DNA of 64,000 bases, taken from IMG/VR virus record IMGVR_UViG_3300045988_173816, positions 160,001 through 224,000 of that record. One strand, given 5' to 3'. Numbering within the stretch: the first letter of the stretch is position 1; each line of letters begins with the position of its first letter. The DNA is from a virus. The notes beneath the pieces are model-generated. The model did no database searches, was not told where the DNA came from, and saw only the letters and a program-made list of their open reading frames with translations. A program made the translations under genes and the position numbers. Below, one piece after another: positions 8,703 through 17,742 of the stretch.

Positions 8703-8736
8703 ATGGAGTTAGACGAAAAATCTTGACTCCATTTTA
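8703..8736 (+). terminator. probable terminator (A-run / hairpin / T-run)
   Basis: ATGGAGT ... ACTCCAT stem with a 15-nt loop, flanked by A10 upstream and TTTT downstream. Confidence 0.5.
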
Positions 8737-8751
8737 AATTTATGTTAAACT
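8723..8751 (+). promoter_or_regulatory. sigma-A-type promoter (extended -10) for the adhesin gene
   Basis: TTGACT (inside the hairpin's 3' side), 17 nt, TGtTAAACT. Confidence 0.55.
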
Positions 8752-8868
8752 AAAATTTAGAAACAACTTGGTTTCTTATTTTTGTTAAGATTAAGTTTGT
8801 TTAGATGGTTTAGTAAAGTAAGATTTAAGTCTTACATATTTCAGTACAGAAAGGGAAGATATAAGTAC

Positions 8869-11800
8869 ATGAATAGAAGTGCAGAAACAAAAAGTTTTGG
8901 TTCAATTCGTAAGTACAAACAAGCCGGTACTTGTGGTGTTATTTTAGGTTTGGCAGCTTTAAGTTTAGCTTTCACAGGAGGTACTGTAAGTGCGGATGAA
9001 AGAGTAAATCCAAATCCAGCTACTAATGCACAGAGCTTACAAGAATCTCCAACTGTAGAATCTACAAAAGACCAAGGTAGTACAGGGAAATCAACAGGTT
9101 CTGTTGAAGTTACTGTGGGTCGAGATAAAGTTGAGTCCGCGGTATCTGCTGCTAAAGAAGCAGGTTTAACTGTTAAGGAAAAAGAAGTTGATGGTGGTTT
9201 AGTAGCTAACCCAGATGAGTTAGCTAAGAAAACAGCTGAGATTGAGTCTAGTTATGATAAACAAGCAAGCACTGTTGTAGATGAGTCTAAGAAGTATAAA
9301 GAGGAAGTAGCTAATCGTAAAGAAGAGATTAAAACGATTACTACTGAGAACAAGGAAAAACAAGACTCTTATGACAAAGCAAAAGCTCAGTATGATAAAG
9401 ACTTATCAGATGCTACTACAAAAAATGCTCAAATTGATAAGGAAAACCGAGAGAAGAATGAGCGTTTAAAAGCTGAAAAAGAGCGTGTAGCTAAAGAAAA
9501 TGAGCGTATCAAACAAGAAAATGCTTTAGCTAAAACTATGTATGAAAAAGCTTTAGCAGATAAAGCTAAGAAAGACGCTGATATTGATAAAGAAAATGCT
9601 GCTGCTAAGAAAAAATATGAGTCTGAATTAAATACGTGGACTATTGAAAAAGGTAAGTATGATGCAGATTTAACTAAGTATAACGAAGAGTTAGAAAAGT
9701 ATAAGAAAGCATTAGCTGAGGCAAAACGTAGGAACGAAGAGATTGCTAAGAAGAATCTTTCAGATAAGGAAGCTTATGCAAAAGCAGTAGAAGCTCGTAA
9801 GAAAGAAAACGAAGCTATTCTAAAAGCGAATAAAGAAGCTTTAGATGCTTATGAAAAAGCTTTAGCTGAGTTAAAACGTAAAAACGAGCAGGTTGATAAA
9901 GATAATGGTATCGCTACTTCGGAATATAACGATGCTATGCGTGATTATCAGAAAAGGTTTGCTCAGTATAAAGAAGACTTAGCTGAGTACAATCGTAAGT
10001 TAGCTGAGTATAATAAGCAAAATCTGAAGGCTCAAGGTGGTGGAGTTAAAATAGTAGGTGAGTTCGATGAGTCTAAACGAGGTTCATTGGATTATTACTC
10101 TAAATTAACCGCAGTTTTTGATGAAGATAAAACTCTTGAAGTTGTAAGTGGTGCTTTAGGTGCTAATGCTAATACTACTATGACTTTAGATACCAACCTA
10201 ACGAGAGATACTTCCTTTAGCAGTAGTGAAGACCCTAGCAAGTGGGGTGGTATGAATATCCGAGATATTCAACAAGGTTCAAAATTTACACTTCATAATG
10301 TAGGTAGAACTGCGACAGGTAAAATTATTTCTGCTACATTTACTTCACGTTCAACTCCAGTACCAGAACATAGAGTTAACGGAAATAAAGATGTGTACAC
10401 TAGCATGTGGGTTTGGTGGAATAAAGTAAGTGGGGGTAGTGTATCTGAGGTTGGTTTCTATCCTCGAAACTACTTGAATGTAGAGTGGGATATTTCGTTC
10501 TTCGATGAAACTACTAAAAAACCTTTAAACTTAGGTGTCATAAACATTTACTCAGATTTAGATTATGCTCAAGCGATTAGATATACTTATGGAGATAATA
10601 ACACGGGAGCTATTGTTAATCCATTAGGGTCTAAAGTTAAGGAAGTTACAACTCGTGGTTTAACTTATTGGGCAGGTGTTAAAACTGATGGAGTTCATGA
10701 TTCTGATGATTCAAGTCCTTTAAATCGGTGGAAGGCAGGGGATCCTTGGTATACTAACGTTGGCGATGTATCTGCAACACCAGAAGGCTCTCTTATTAGT
10801 GTAGGTAAAGGTACTACTCACCACTTAACTTATTTAGCTCGATATAATTGGAACTTAGTTCCTTATACAGAAGCTCAGTCTTTAGCTTATAAGAAGTATG
10901 TACAAGATAATGATAGAGCGGAAGGTAAAGCAATATCTACAGATAAAGACATTTTTGAAACGGGATATGCTTTTCAACTATGGGGAGGTAAATCCGTAAT
11001 TGATAAGATAGTACCTCCTATTGAGCCCGAACAACCAAATCCACCTAAGTTAACTCAAAAAGATAAAGAAACTCTTGAGAAACCAACACCTAAACCGTTG
11101 CTTCCTGATGTACCACCTACACCTGCAGATGGAGATGTTCCTCTTCCAAAAGAGCCACCTAAACCGGGTGAGTTTCTAAAGAAAAAACCAAATGAACCTA
11201 ATTATAAGGAAAAGGATAAAACTCCGATTGCACCTCCAGTTGCGAAACCCTTGGTACTTCCTCCTAAAGATGTACCAGATACACCTCATGTTCCTACCCC
11301 AAATGAACCTCCTAAACCAGAGTTAAGAACTGTTCCAAATGAAGTAACACCAAGAGAGGTTGAGGTTACTTATACACGTTTGAGAACTACCCCTACGGTT
11401 GAGAAGTTAGTTAAAAACTCAGGAGGTATAAATGTAAATAACTCATCTGTACCTAAACTTTCTGAGGTGGTTTGGGAGCTTGAAACTAAACCTCTCGCGG
11501 CAAATCGTAAAGAAACTACGATTTATGAATTAACCGATAATTTACCACAAGGGTATCATCTTGACTTAGCGAAAACTATTGCTCAAAACTCAGATTTTAC
11601 AGTGACTTATAATAAGGCTAAACATCAATTAAAAGGTGTATTGAAGTCTGAGGGGTTAGCTAAAGTTAACGCAGATTTAACTAAAGCATATACTGTTTCA
11701 GTTCTTAAGATTTATGGTACTGTAACAAATGATGCAGCTACTTATAAGAATAACTTCCGTTTGAATTTGAATAATGAGTTTGAGTCTTATTCAAATGTTG

Positions 11801-14073
11801 TTAAAGTAACTACACCAGGTGACCCACATCGTCCAGGCGATAGTGAGATTAAACCAGTTAAAGTGAACTATAACAAAGATGGTGTCAAAATCAACGATAA
11901 GCAAGTATTACCAGGTTCTATAAATTACTACCATGTACTTTTAGATTATGACCAATACATAGGTATTAAGAGTGGTAAAGATGCAATTCAAAAAGGATTT
12001 GGAGCTATTGAGGTTTACCCTAGTGAAGCCGTAGATTTAATGCCTAGTGAAATTCGTTATGTAGACTCTAACGGAAAAGAAGTGAAAGGTATTAGTGCTT
12101 ACCATTTCAATTCGGTATCTGAGGTTAAAGATGCTCGTATTCTTTCAATTTTGAATACAAGTAACATTAAACCTAAAGGTGCGTTCCAAGTCTTTATGGC
12201 AGATGATCCACAGTCTTACTTTGACAACTATGTTTCTAAGGGTATTTCAGTTACTGTAATTGACCCTATGAAGGTAAAAGAGTCTTTAGGTAAAACTGGA
12301 GGTTCTTATGAAAATAAAGCTTATCAAGTAGATTTTGGTAATGGTTATGAAGCTGATGTTGTGAAAAATAAGGTTCCATCACCTAAACCAACAAAACAGA
12401 ACTTGAATGAACAAGGTGAAGACATTAACAATAAACCAGTTCTTGCAGGTACTGTGAACTACTATACTGTAAAAGCTGACTATAGAGATTATAAAGGTAT
12501 TGAAGCAGATAAAGAAACTATTAAGCGTGGTTTCTATATTGTCGATGATTATCCAGAAGATAAAGTTACAATCAATGAGAAAGATGTTGTAGTGACTGAT
12601 TCTAAAGGGAATAAAGTCACAGGTTTAACTGCTCATATCTACAATTCGGTATCTGATGCTCCTAAAGGAGTTCAAGATGCTTTAGCAAAACAAGGGTTTA
12701 AACCTAAAGGGGTAATCCAAGTCTTTAGCGCAACTAACCCAGAAGAATATTACGCTAAGTATGTTCAAACAGGTGATGTTGTAACTATTAAAAACCCAAT
12801 GACTTTGAAGAAAGAGTTCTTAGGTAAGGTTGGAGAATATGAAAATACAGCTTATCAGTTAGACTTTGGTCTTGCTAAAGTGACTGAAACTGTTAAAAAC
12901 AATTTTGTTAAACCAACTCCTAAGAAAGCCAACTTCAATAAAGATGGTGTAAACATTGATGGTAAAGAAGTCTTAGCAGGTTCTATCAATTACTACCATG
13001 TAACTGCTGACTACTCATCTTATAAGGGTATCAAAGCTGATAAATCTCGTATTGCACAAGGTTTCTTTATTGCTGATGACTATCCAGAAGATGTGTTAGA
13101 GGTACTTTCTGAGGGTATTAAACTTGTTGACTCTAAAGGTCAAGAAGTTAAAGGTTTAAAATACGCTATTTACGAAAGTGTGGAGAAAGCACCAGAGGTG
13201 GTTCGTAACGCTTTAATTACTCGTGGTTTTAATCCTAAAGGAGCATTCCAAGTTTGGGAAGCTGAAAACCAAGAAGAGTATTATGCAAAATATGTTCAAA
13301 CTGGAGATAAGGTTATGATTATTAACCCTATGAAGGTTAAAGAACAGTTTGCTAAGACAGGTGGTAAGTATGAAAACACTGCGTATCAAATTGATTTTGG
13401 TGTAGCTGATGTGACTGTAACTGTTGTGAATAATATTCCTAAGTTAGAGACTAAGAAAGATGTTATTATCAAGATTGGTGATACAGATTCACAAGATGGT
13501 AAGACTTTAGTATTAGGACAAACTTTCTATTATTCATTTGCAGGGTCTCTTATTCCAGGTAATCGTGCAGATGACTTGTTTGAGTACAAATTTGTCGATG
13601 ATTACCAAGAAACTCATGATCGATTTGATGGTGTTTATAAAGTAATTGCAAAACGTGACTTTGTAACTATTGACGGTAAACACTTCAAAGCAGGTGATGA
13701 CTTAACTGCTTACTCTTGGTTGAAAGAGGATAAAGCTAAAGGTCAACTTGAAGTTGGTTTGAAAGAAGATTTCTTACGTTCTATTACGAAAGAATCTGAG
13801 TTCCAAGCTGATGTATTTGTTGAGATGACTCGTATTCAAGCAGGTGAAGTTGAAAATACTGAGTCTCATGTTGTTAATGGTGTAACAGTATCCTCAAATA
13901 CTGTTAAAACTCGCACAGAGTTACCACCAACTCCTACTACACCTACACCACAACAACCAGTATTACCAAATACAGGAGCAGAAACTACTTCTGCAGTGGC
14001 AGTGGCAGGGTATGGTTTGTTAGCTTTAGCATCACTATCGCTTTCTACAAGAAAACGTAAAGAAGAAGATTAG
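8869..14073 (+). CDS. antigen I/II-family (SspB/PrgB-like) LPXTG surface adhesin
   Basis: YSIRK-like signal (FGSIRKYKQAG..), Ala/Lys/Glu-rich coiled-coil A-region, lectin-like V region, Pro-rich P-region (PPKP/PTP repeats), four C-terminal Ig-like repeats, LPNTGAETT plus TM plus RKRKEED. The track start at 8782 is rejected because it runs through the promoter. Confidence 0.9.
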   Translation: MNRSAETKSFGSIRKYKQAGTCGVILGLAALSLAFTGGTVSADERVNPNPATNAQSLQESPTVESTKDQGSTGKSTGSVEVTVGRDKVESAVSAAKEAGLTVKEKEVDGGLVANPDELAKKTAEIESSYDKQASTVVDESKKYKEEVANRKEEIKTITTENKEKQDSYDKAKAQYDKDLSDATTKNAQIDKENREKNERLKAEKERVAKENERIKQENALAKTMYEKALADKAKKDADIDKENAAAKKKYESELNTWTIEKGKYDADLTKYNEELEKYKKALAEAKRRNEEIAKKNLSDKEAYAKAVEARKKENEAILKANKEALDAYEKALAELKRKNEQVDKDNGIATSEYNDAMRDYQKRFAQYKEDLAEYNRKLAEYNKQNLKAQGGGVKIVGEFDESKRGSLDYYSKLTAVFDEDKTLEVVSGALGANANTTMTLDTNLTRDTSFSSSEDPSKWGGMNIRDIQQGSKFTLHNVGRTATGKIISATFTSRSTPVPEHRVNGNKDVYTSMWVWWNKVSGGSVSEVGFYPRNYLNVEWDISFFDETTKKPLNLGVINIYSDLDYAQAIRYTYGDNNTGAIVNPLGSKVKEVTTRGLTYWAGVKTDGVHDSDDSSPLNRWKAGDPWYTNVGDVSATPEGSLISVGKGTTHHLTYLARYNWNLVPYTEAQSLAYKKYVQDNDRAEGKAISTDKDIFETGYAFQLWGGKSVIDKIVPPIEPEQPNPPKLTQKDKETLEKPTPKPLLPDVPPTPADGDVPLPKEPPKPGEFLKKKPNEPNYKEKDKTPIAPPVAKPLVLPPKDVPDTPHVPTPNEPPKPELRTVPNEVTPREVEVTYTRLRTTPTVEKLVKNSGGINVNNSSVPKLSEVVWELETKPLAANRKETTIYELTDNLPQGYHLDLAKTIAQNSDFTVTYNKAKHQLKGVLKSEGLAKVNADLTKAYTVSVLKIYGTVTNDAATYKNNFRLNLNNEFESYSNVVKVTTPGDPHRPGDSEIKPVKVNYNKDGVKINDKQVLPGSINYYHVLLDYDQYIGIKSGKDAIQKGFGAIEVYPSEAVDLMPSEIRYVDSNGKEVKGISAYHFNSVSEVKDARILSILNTSNIKPKGAFQVFMADDPQSYFDNYVSKGISVTVIDPMKVKESLGKTGGSYENKAYQVDFGNGYEADVVKNKVPSPKPTKQNLNEQGEDINNKPVLAGTVNYYTVKADYRDYKGIEADKETIKRGFYIVDDYPEDKVTINEKDVVVTDSKGNKVTGLTAHIYNSVSDAPKGVQDALAKQGFKPKGVIQVFSATNPEEYYAKYVQTGDVVTIKNPMTLKKEFLGKVGEYENTAYQLDFGLAKVTETVKNNFVKPTPKKANFNKDGVNIDGKEVLAGSINYYHVTADYSSYKGIKADKSRIAQGFFIADDYPEDVLEVLSEGIKLVDSKGQEVKGLKYAIYESVEKAPEVVRNALITRGFNPKGAFQVWEAENQEEYYAKYVQTGDKVMIINPMKVKEQFAKTGGKYENTAYQIDFGVADVTVTVVNNIPKLETKKDVIIKIGDTDSQDGKTLVLGQTFYYSFAGSLIPGNRADDLFEYKFVDDYQETHDRFDGVYKVIAKRDFVTIDGKHFKAGDDLTAYSWLKEDKAKGQLEVGLKEDFLRSITKESEFQADVFVEMTRIQAGEVENTESHVVNGVTVSSNTVKTRTELPPTPTTPTPQQPVLPNTGAETTSAVAVAGYGLLALASLSLSTRKRKEED
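11860..13450 (+). repeat. three tandem repeats of about 530 bp encoding AgI/II C-domain modules
   Basis: Repeated protein modules N(Y/F)NKDGV.I..K.VL(P/A)GS(I/V)NYY.V.ADY..YKGI.A...I..GF...DDYPE ... PKG..QV.....YYAKYVQTGD....NPM.(V/L)K... (G/V)G.YENTAYQ.DFG. Confidence 0.85.
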
Positions 14074-14077
14074 TAAA

Positions 14078-14107
14078 AGAGAGGTTACCCTCTCTTTTTA
14101 TTTTTTG
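14078..14107 (+). terminator. intrinsic terminator
   Basis: AGAGAGG-TTAC-CCTCTCT followed by TTTTTATTTTTT. Confidence 0.85.
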
Positions 14108-14127
14108 CTTAAACTTTAAATTTTAGC

Positions 14128-14156
14128 TTGCAAAGTTTTTAAACTTCTGTTATTAT
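14128..14156 (+). promoter_or_regulatory. promoter P1 of a triple tandem set
   Basis: TTGCAA, 17 nt, TATTAT. Confidence 0.45.
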
Positions 14157-14198
14157 AGTTGTTGTACTAATGAGTTAAGAAAAACTTTAGAAAACTAC

Positions 14199-14227
14199 TT
14201 GACTTTTGTAAACATTTTTGATATAAT
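14199..14227 (+). promoter_or_regulatory. promoter P2 (extended -10)
   Basis: TTGACT, 17 nt, TGaTATAAT. Confidence 0.6.
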
Positions 14228-14290
14228 ATAGTTATCAAGTTAAGAAATGTTTTGATTTCAAAGGTTTGAAAAAAAAATAAAAGAAAACAC

Positions 14291-14319
14291 TTGACAAAAC
14301 AAAATTAGTTTGATATAAT
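14291..14319 (+). promoter_or_regulatory. promoter P3 (extended -10)
   Basis: TTGACA, 17 nt, TGaTATAAT. 36 nt upstream of the ATG at 14355. Confidence 0.65.
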
Positions 14320-14354
14320 AGACTTATCAAAAATAAAGAAAGAGGTAATACCTA

Positions 14355-17024
14355 ATGAAAAAACAACTAATCGCAACCGCTGCAATCGCAGCAACTGGTC
14401 TTGTCGGAACAATCGGAACAGCTCACGCAGATACGGTAGAGCTTCCATTACCTACAACTGCTAAAACTGAACCAGCTTTGGTAGAGAAAGAAGCGCCTAA
14501 GAAAGTGGAAGTGAAAACTCCTACTAAGGAAGAAGTCGCTGAACTTGGTGCTACTGCTAAACAAACTCAAGAAGATGCAGATAAAGCAAAAGAAGTCTTG
14601 GATCAAGCCAACGAAAAATCTGACAAAGCAGAAAAGAAAGTTGCAGACTTGAAACAAGCTAAAGATGATGCTCAAAAGATTGCTGACAAAGCAACTCCTG
14701 AGGTTATCCAAGGTGCAGAGAAGAAAGTGGAAACTGCGAAAGCAAGCGTTCTTACCAAAGAACAAACGGTATCCTCTGCGCAACAAGAACAAGACGATGC
14801 AGACCGTAAGGTTGCTATCCAAGGTAAAACTGTTGGTACAAAACAAGCAGAAGTGACTCAAGCGCAAAATGGTGTTACTGATGCTAAAGCGGAAGTGAAA
14901 ACTGCTGAGGATGCTTTGAAAGGCGAAGGTCTTGCAGAAGCTAAAGAAGCGCAAGATAAAGCTATTAAAGAAGAAGCTACAAGCAAACAAGCCCAAGCAG
15001 ATGCACAGATTGCTCTTAATGCCGCTAAGAAGTTGGACGGTGAGCTTGCTGAACAACTAACCCAAGCAGAAGCAACTGTTAAAACGGCTACAAAAGATGT
15101 AGAAGCTAAAGAAGCAGAAGCTAAAGAAGCGAAAACTAACCTTGATAATGCTCTTGCTACTTACAACCAAGCGGTATCTACTCTTGACGCTCTTCAAGAT
15201 AGCTCTAAGAAACAAACGATTACTCTTTCTCCAGCTTTCATTCAAGCAGTGAAAGATAAAATGGAGTTCCTTCGTCAAATCCGTTCAGGTGTCGAAATGA
15301 CTGAGGAAGAACGTAACGCTAAGAGCGATGATATTTATGACCGTATCGTTGGTTCACAAGTAGAACACAAGAAACTGAACAAATACGTTCCAAGTAAAGC
15401 AGACCAAGCGGATAAAACTCGCTACGACATTAACAATCTCCCACAAGAGATTAAAGATGAGTTGAATTACTACGTGGTTGACCTTATTAACCAAATGCGC
15501 CGTCAACTTGGACTTCCAGATGTTGTTCTTTCAAAAACTTCTCTTGAATTTGCTGATAAGGTTGCTAAAGAGTATGTGAAAGCGAACTTCTCTAAAGCAA
15601 TGAAAGATGACTACCGTGCTAAAGGTGGTGTCGGACACTACGCTATCGGTATCAACAAGGTTGCCAAAGAATATGGCATGCCTACAACAGATGCAGAAGA
15701 AGAAAGCAAGGGTCAACAGTATTATGAAAATACTGTAACTACTTATGTTTACCATAACTTCGATGATGCTGATGGGGTTTACCGTAAGACTCTTGGTGAA
15801 ATGAAAGAGAAGTTGTACGAAGACCTTGTAATGCTCGTTTCAACTAAAGGTGATTACGGACACACAGAGGGTATCCTTCAATTTACTCACGCAAATGAAA
15901 CCATCTACTTTGGTGGTGTAGCGCAAAGCAAGACTGATGATTTCTATACTACTCACTTCTTGACTGCTATTCGTAATGAAGAAGTGAAGGACTCTAAATG
16001 GGATAAAACACCTATTGCAAACCCACTTAGTGATGAAGTGATTGAGCGCAAATTGAGTGAAGCTCGTCAAGCGCTTGCTGATGCTATGACTACTCGCGAC
16101 AATGCAAAAACTACTTATGAAGCAAAAGCGAAAGCAGAGTCAGATGCGAAACTTGCTCTTACAAACGCACAAGCAAACTTGACTGCCTTGAAGAAAGGTG
16201 AAAGTCCACTTGCAAATGCACAAAAGGCTTTTGATGAAGCAAAAGACCGTCATGATAAAGCAGTAGTAACACTTGCTAATGCTAATGCCCTCGTCAACAA
16301 CTTGACTGCTTCAAAAGCTACAAAAGAAGAAGCTCTTACAAATGCACAAGCAAAACTTAAAGACGCTGAGCAAGTTCTTAAAACTGCACAAGAAGCTCTT
16401 AAAGCAGAAGAAGATAAGATGAAAGAGCTTGAAGCGATTGCTACAAGCAAAGCCCAAGCGGTATCTACTGCTAAGAAAGCACTTCAAGCTGCACAAAAAG
16501 AAGTTAAACAAGCCGAAAAAGAACTTGCAAACCTTAAAGGTGCGCATACTCGCTTGGCAGAAGTAAAAGCAGAGCTTGAAAAAGCTGAAACCGAGCTTAA
16601 AGATGCGTATAAGGCACAAAACAAAGCTAAACTAGATTATGAAACTAAGAGCCTTGCAGCAGACCAAGCTAAGACTGCTTTTGAAACTGCCAAAGTTCAA
16701 TATGAAGAAGCAGAAGCAAAACGCTTGGCTGAACTTGCAGATGCTAAACGTAAAGAGCTTGAAAAAGTAGGTTACAAACCAGTTCCAGTAGTAGATGGTA
16801 AAGGGAATGTGGTTGATTACAAAGTTCCACAAGCACCTGTAACAGTAGCTAATGTTACTACACCTCAAAATACTTCTGTAAATGAAGTTAAAGAGGTTAA
16901 AGGGAAAGAAGTTGCTCAAAATAACTTGCCAGAAACAGGAACTAAACAAACCTCTTGGGGTATCCTTGGTTTCCTTGGACTTACACTTGGTTTGGTGGGT
17001 TTCAAAAATCGCAAAGAAAATTAA
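14355..17024 (+). CDS. PrgA/Sec10-like surface-exclusion protein (LPXTG)
   Basis: Signal peptide, then long Ala/Lys/Glu/Gln coiled coils flanking a CAP/SCP-like globular domain (..YVVDLINQMRRQLGLPDV..GHYAIG..). C-terminal LPETG plus TM plus KNRKEN. This is the architecture of pCF10 PrgA. Confidence 0.8.
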   Translation: MKKQLIATAAIAATGLVGTIGTAHADTVELPLPTTAKTEPALVEKEAPKKVEVKTPTKEEVAELGATAKQTQEDADKAKEVLDQANEKSDKAEKKVADLKQAKDDAQKIADKATPEVIQGAEKKVETAKASVLTKEQTVSSAQQEQDDADRKVAIQGKTVGTKQAEVTQAQNGVTDAKAEVKTAEDALKGEGLAEAKEAQDKAIKEEATSKQAQADAQIALNAAKKLDGELAEQLTQAEATVKTATKDVEAKEAEAKEAKTNLDNALATYNQAVSTLDALQDSSKKQTITLSPAFIQAVKDKMEFLRQIRSGVEMTEEERNAKSDDIYDRIVGSQVEHKKLNKYVPSKADQADKTRYDINNLPQEIKDELNYYVVDLINQMRRQLGLPDVVLSKTSLEFADKVAKEYVKANFSKAMKDDYRAKGGVGHYAIGINKVAKEYGMPTTDAEEESKGQQYYENTVTTYVYHNFDDADGVYRKTLGEMKEKLYEDLVMLVSTKGDYGHTEGILQFTHANETIYFGGVAQSKTDDFYTTHFLTAIRNEEVKDSKWDKTPIANPLSDEVIERKLSEARQALADAMTTRDNAKTTYEAKAKAESDAKLALTNAQANLTALKKGESPLANAQKAFDEAKDRHDKAVVTLANANALVNNLTASKATKEEALTNAQAKLKDAEQVLKTAQEALKAEEDKMKELEAIATSKAQAVSTAKKALQAAQKEVKQAEKELANLKGAHTRLAEVKAELEKAETELKDAYKAQNKAKLDYETKSLAADQAKTAFETAKVQYEEAEAKRLAELADAKRKELEKVGYKPVPVVDGKGNVVDYKVPQAPVTVANVTTPQNTSVNEVKEVKGKEVAQNNLPETGTKQTSWGILGFLGLTLGLVGFKNRKEN

Positions 17025-17086
17025 GACTTTAATTTGGAGTAATTATTTAGCACACTTATTTATTAGCAATCTTATACAAACATAGT

Positions 17087-17113
17087 AAACTATCTTTGAA
17101 AGGTAGTTTTACT
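17087..17113 (+). terminator. probable terminator
   Basis: AAACTATC-TTTGAAA-GGTAGTTT (one G-T pair) followed by TTACTTT. Confidence 0.45.
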
Positions 17114-17132
17114 TTATGTTAGTACAAAATAC

Positions 17133-17742
17133 ATGAAGCAGTAGAGCAGTAGAGAAGTGGGGAGTCACTGTAAAAGTTCTTCAAAGGTGGGGTAATACTG
17201 AGGTTCTTAAAGCTAGAAGAACGCCCATAAACCATAGATATTATACAGATGAATATATTTTAAATTACTAATGTTTAAGTCTTGATAAACCAACGTGTAA
17301 ACTTGTAGCCTATGCAGTGGTGTTCTCATGAGGTTAATGCTCTGAATTTCATCATTAGATTGAAATTATTCGTAGTTTTGTTAACCATAAAAGAGTTATT
17401 CTAGATGAAATATTTGAAGAGGTCGATAGTGGGTTGAATTATAACAGACATAAGTGGAATGAACTACGGCAAGTGGTTCTGAAAGATGATGAAGTAGATA
17501 AACTATATATCAATTATTAAGATCATGTTGTTCGATTTGGATTTGATGGCTTTGAGCTATTATATAACCAACATCAAACAGAAATTAGTGTGTTAAATTT
17601 AGTGTGTTAAATAATGAAACTACAAGCCTAGAGAAAGAGCTTGTAGAGGATTTAACGTCTATTGTTGATGAATTTTCTTGTCGTTTGGATGGTCTTCGTA
17701 AGTACAAGAAAGCCTTGAGAGAAGATAAGGAGGTTCTAACAA
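17133..17742 (+). pseudogene. tnpA: IS607 tnpA (MerR-HTH serine recombinase) pseudogene
   Basis: Fragments in different frames: AVEKWGVTVKVLQRWGNTEVLKARRTPINHRYYTDEYI (HTH), KLVAYAVV (in place of VVAYCRVS), EIFEEVDSGLNYNRHKWNEL, VVRFGFDGFELL, LVEDLTSIVDEFSCRL. Several stops and a perfect 14-bp tandem duplication (17585-17598 / 17599-17612). Confidence 0.75.

Noticed and set aside
8759-8783. Hairpin AGAAAC-AACTTG-GTTTCT plus TATTTTT at the predicted +1 of the adhesin promoter, considered as a leader attenuator
   Set aside because: The stem is only 6 bp, it lies within a few nt of the predicted start site, and I found no alternative anti-terminator pairing. Evidence is insufficient.
8782-8868. 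N-terminal extensions given by the track for four genes (8782 for the adhesin, 7423 for the HipA-like gene, 35271 for the 35388 gene, 54528 for the 54630 gene)
   Set aside because: Each extension reads through a terminator and/or a -35/-10 promoter pair. In each case an internal ATG with a good RBS starts the recognisable protein, for example the YSIRK-like signal peptide at 8869.
14448-16949. Seven minus-strand ORFs of 66-202 aa in the track (14448-15056, 15057-15278, 15531-15755, 15840-16070, 16250-16450, 16311-16619, 16632-16949)
   Set aside because: All lie antisense within the PrgA-like gene. Their Phe/Ser/Cys/Leu-rich translations are the mirror image of GCT/AAA/GAA-rich coiled-coil codons. 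They have no RBS, and the + frame carries a signal peptide, a CAP domain and LPETG.
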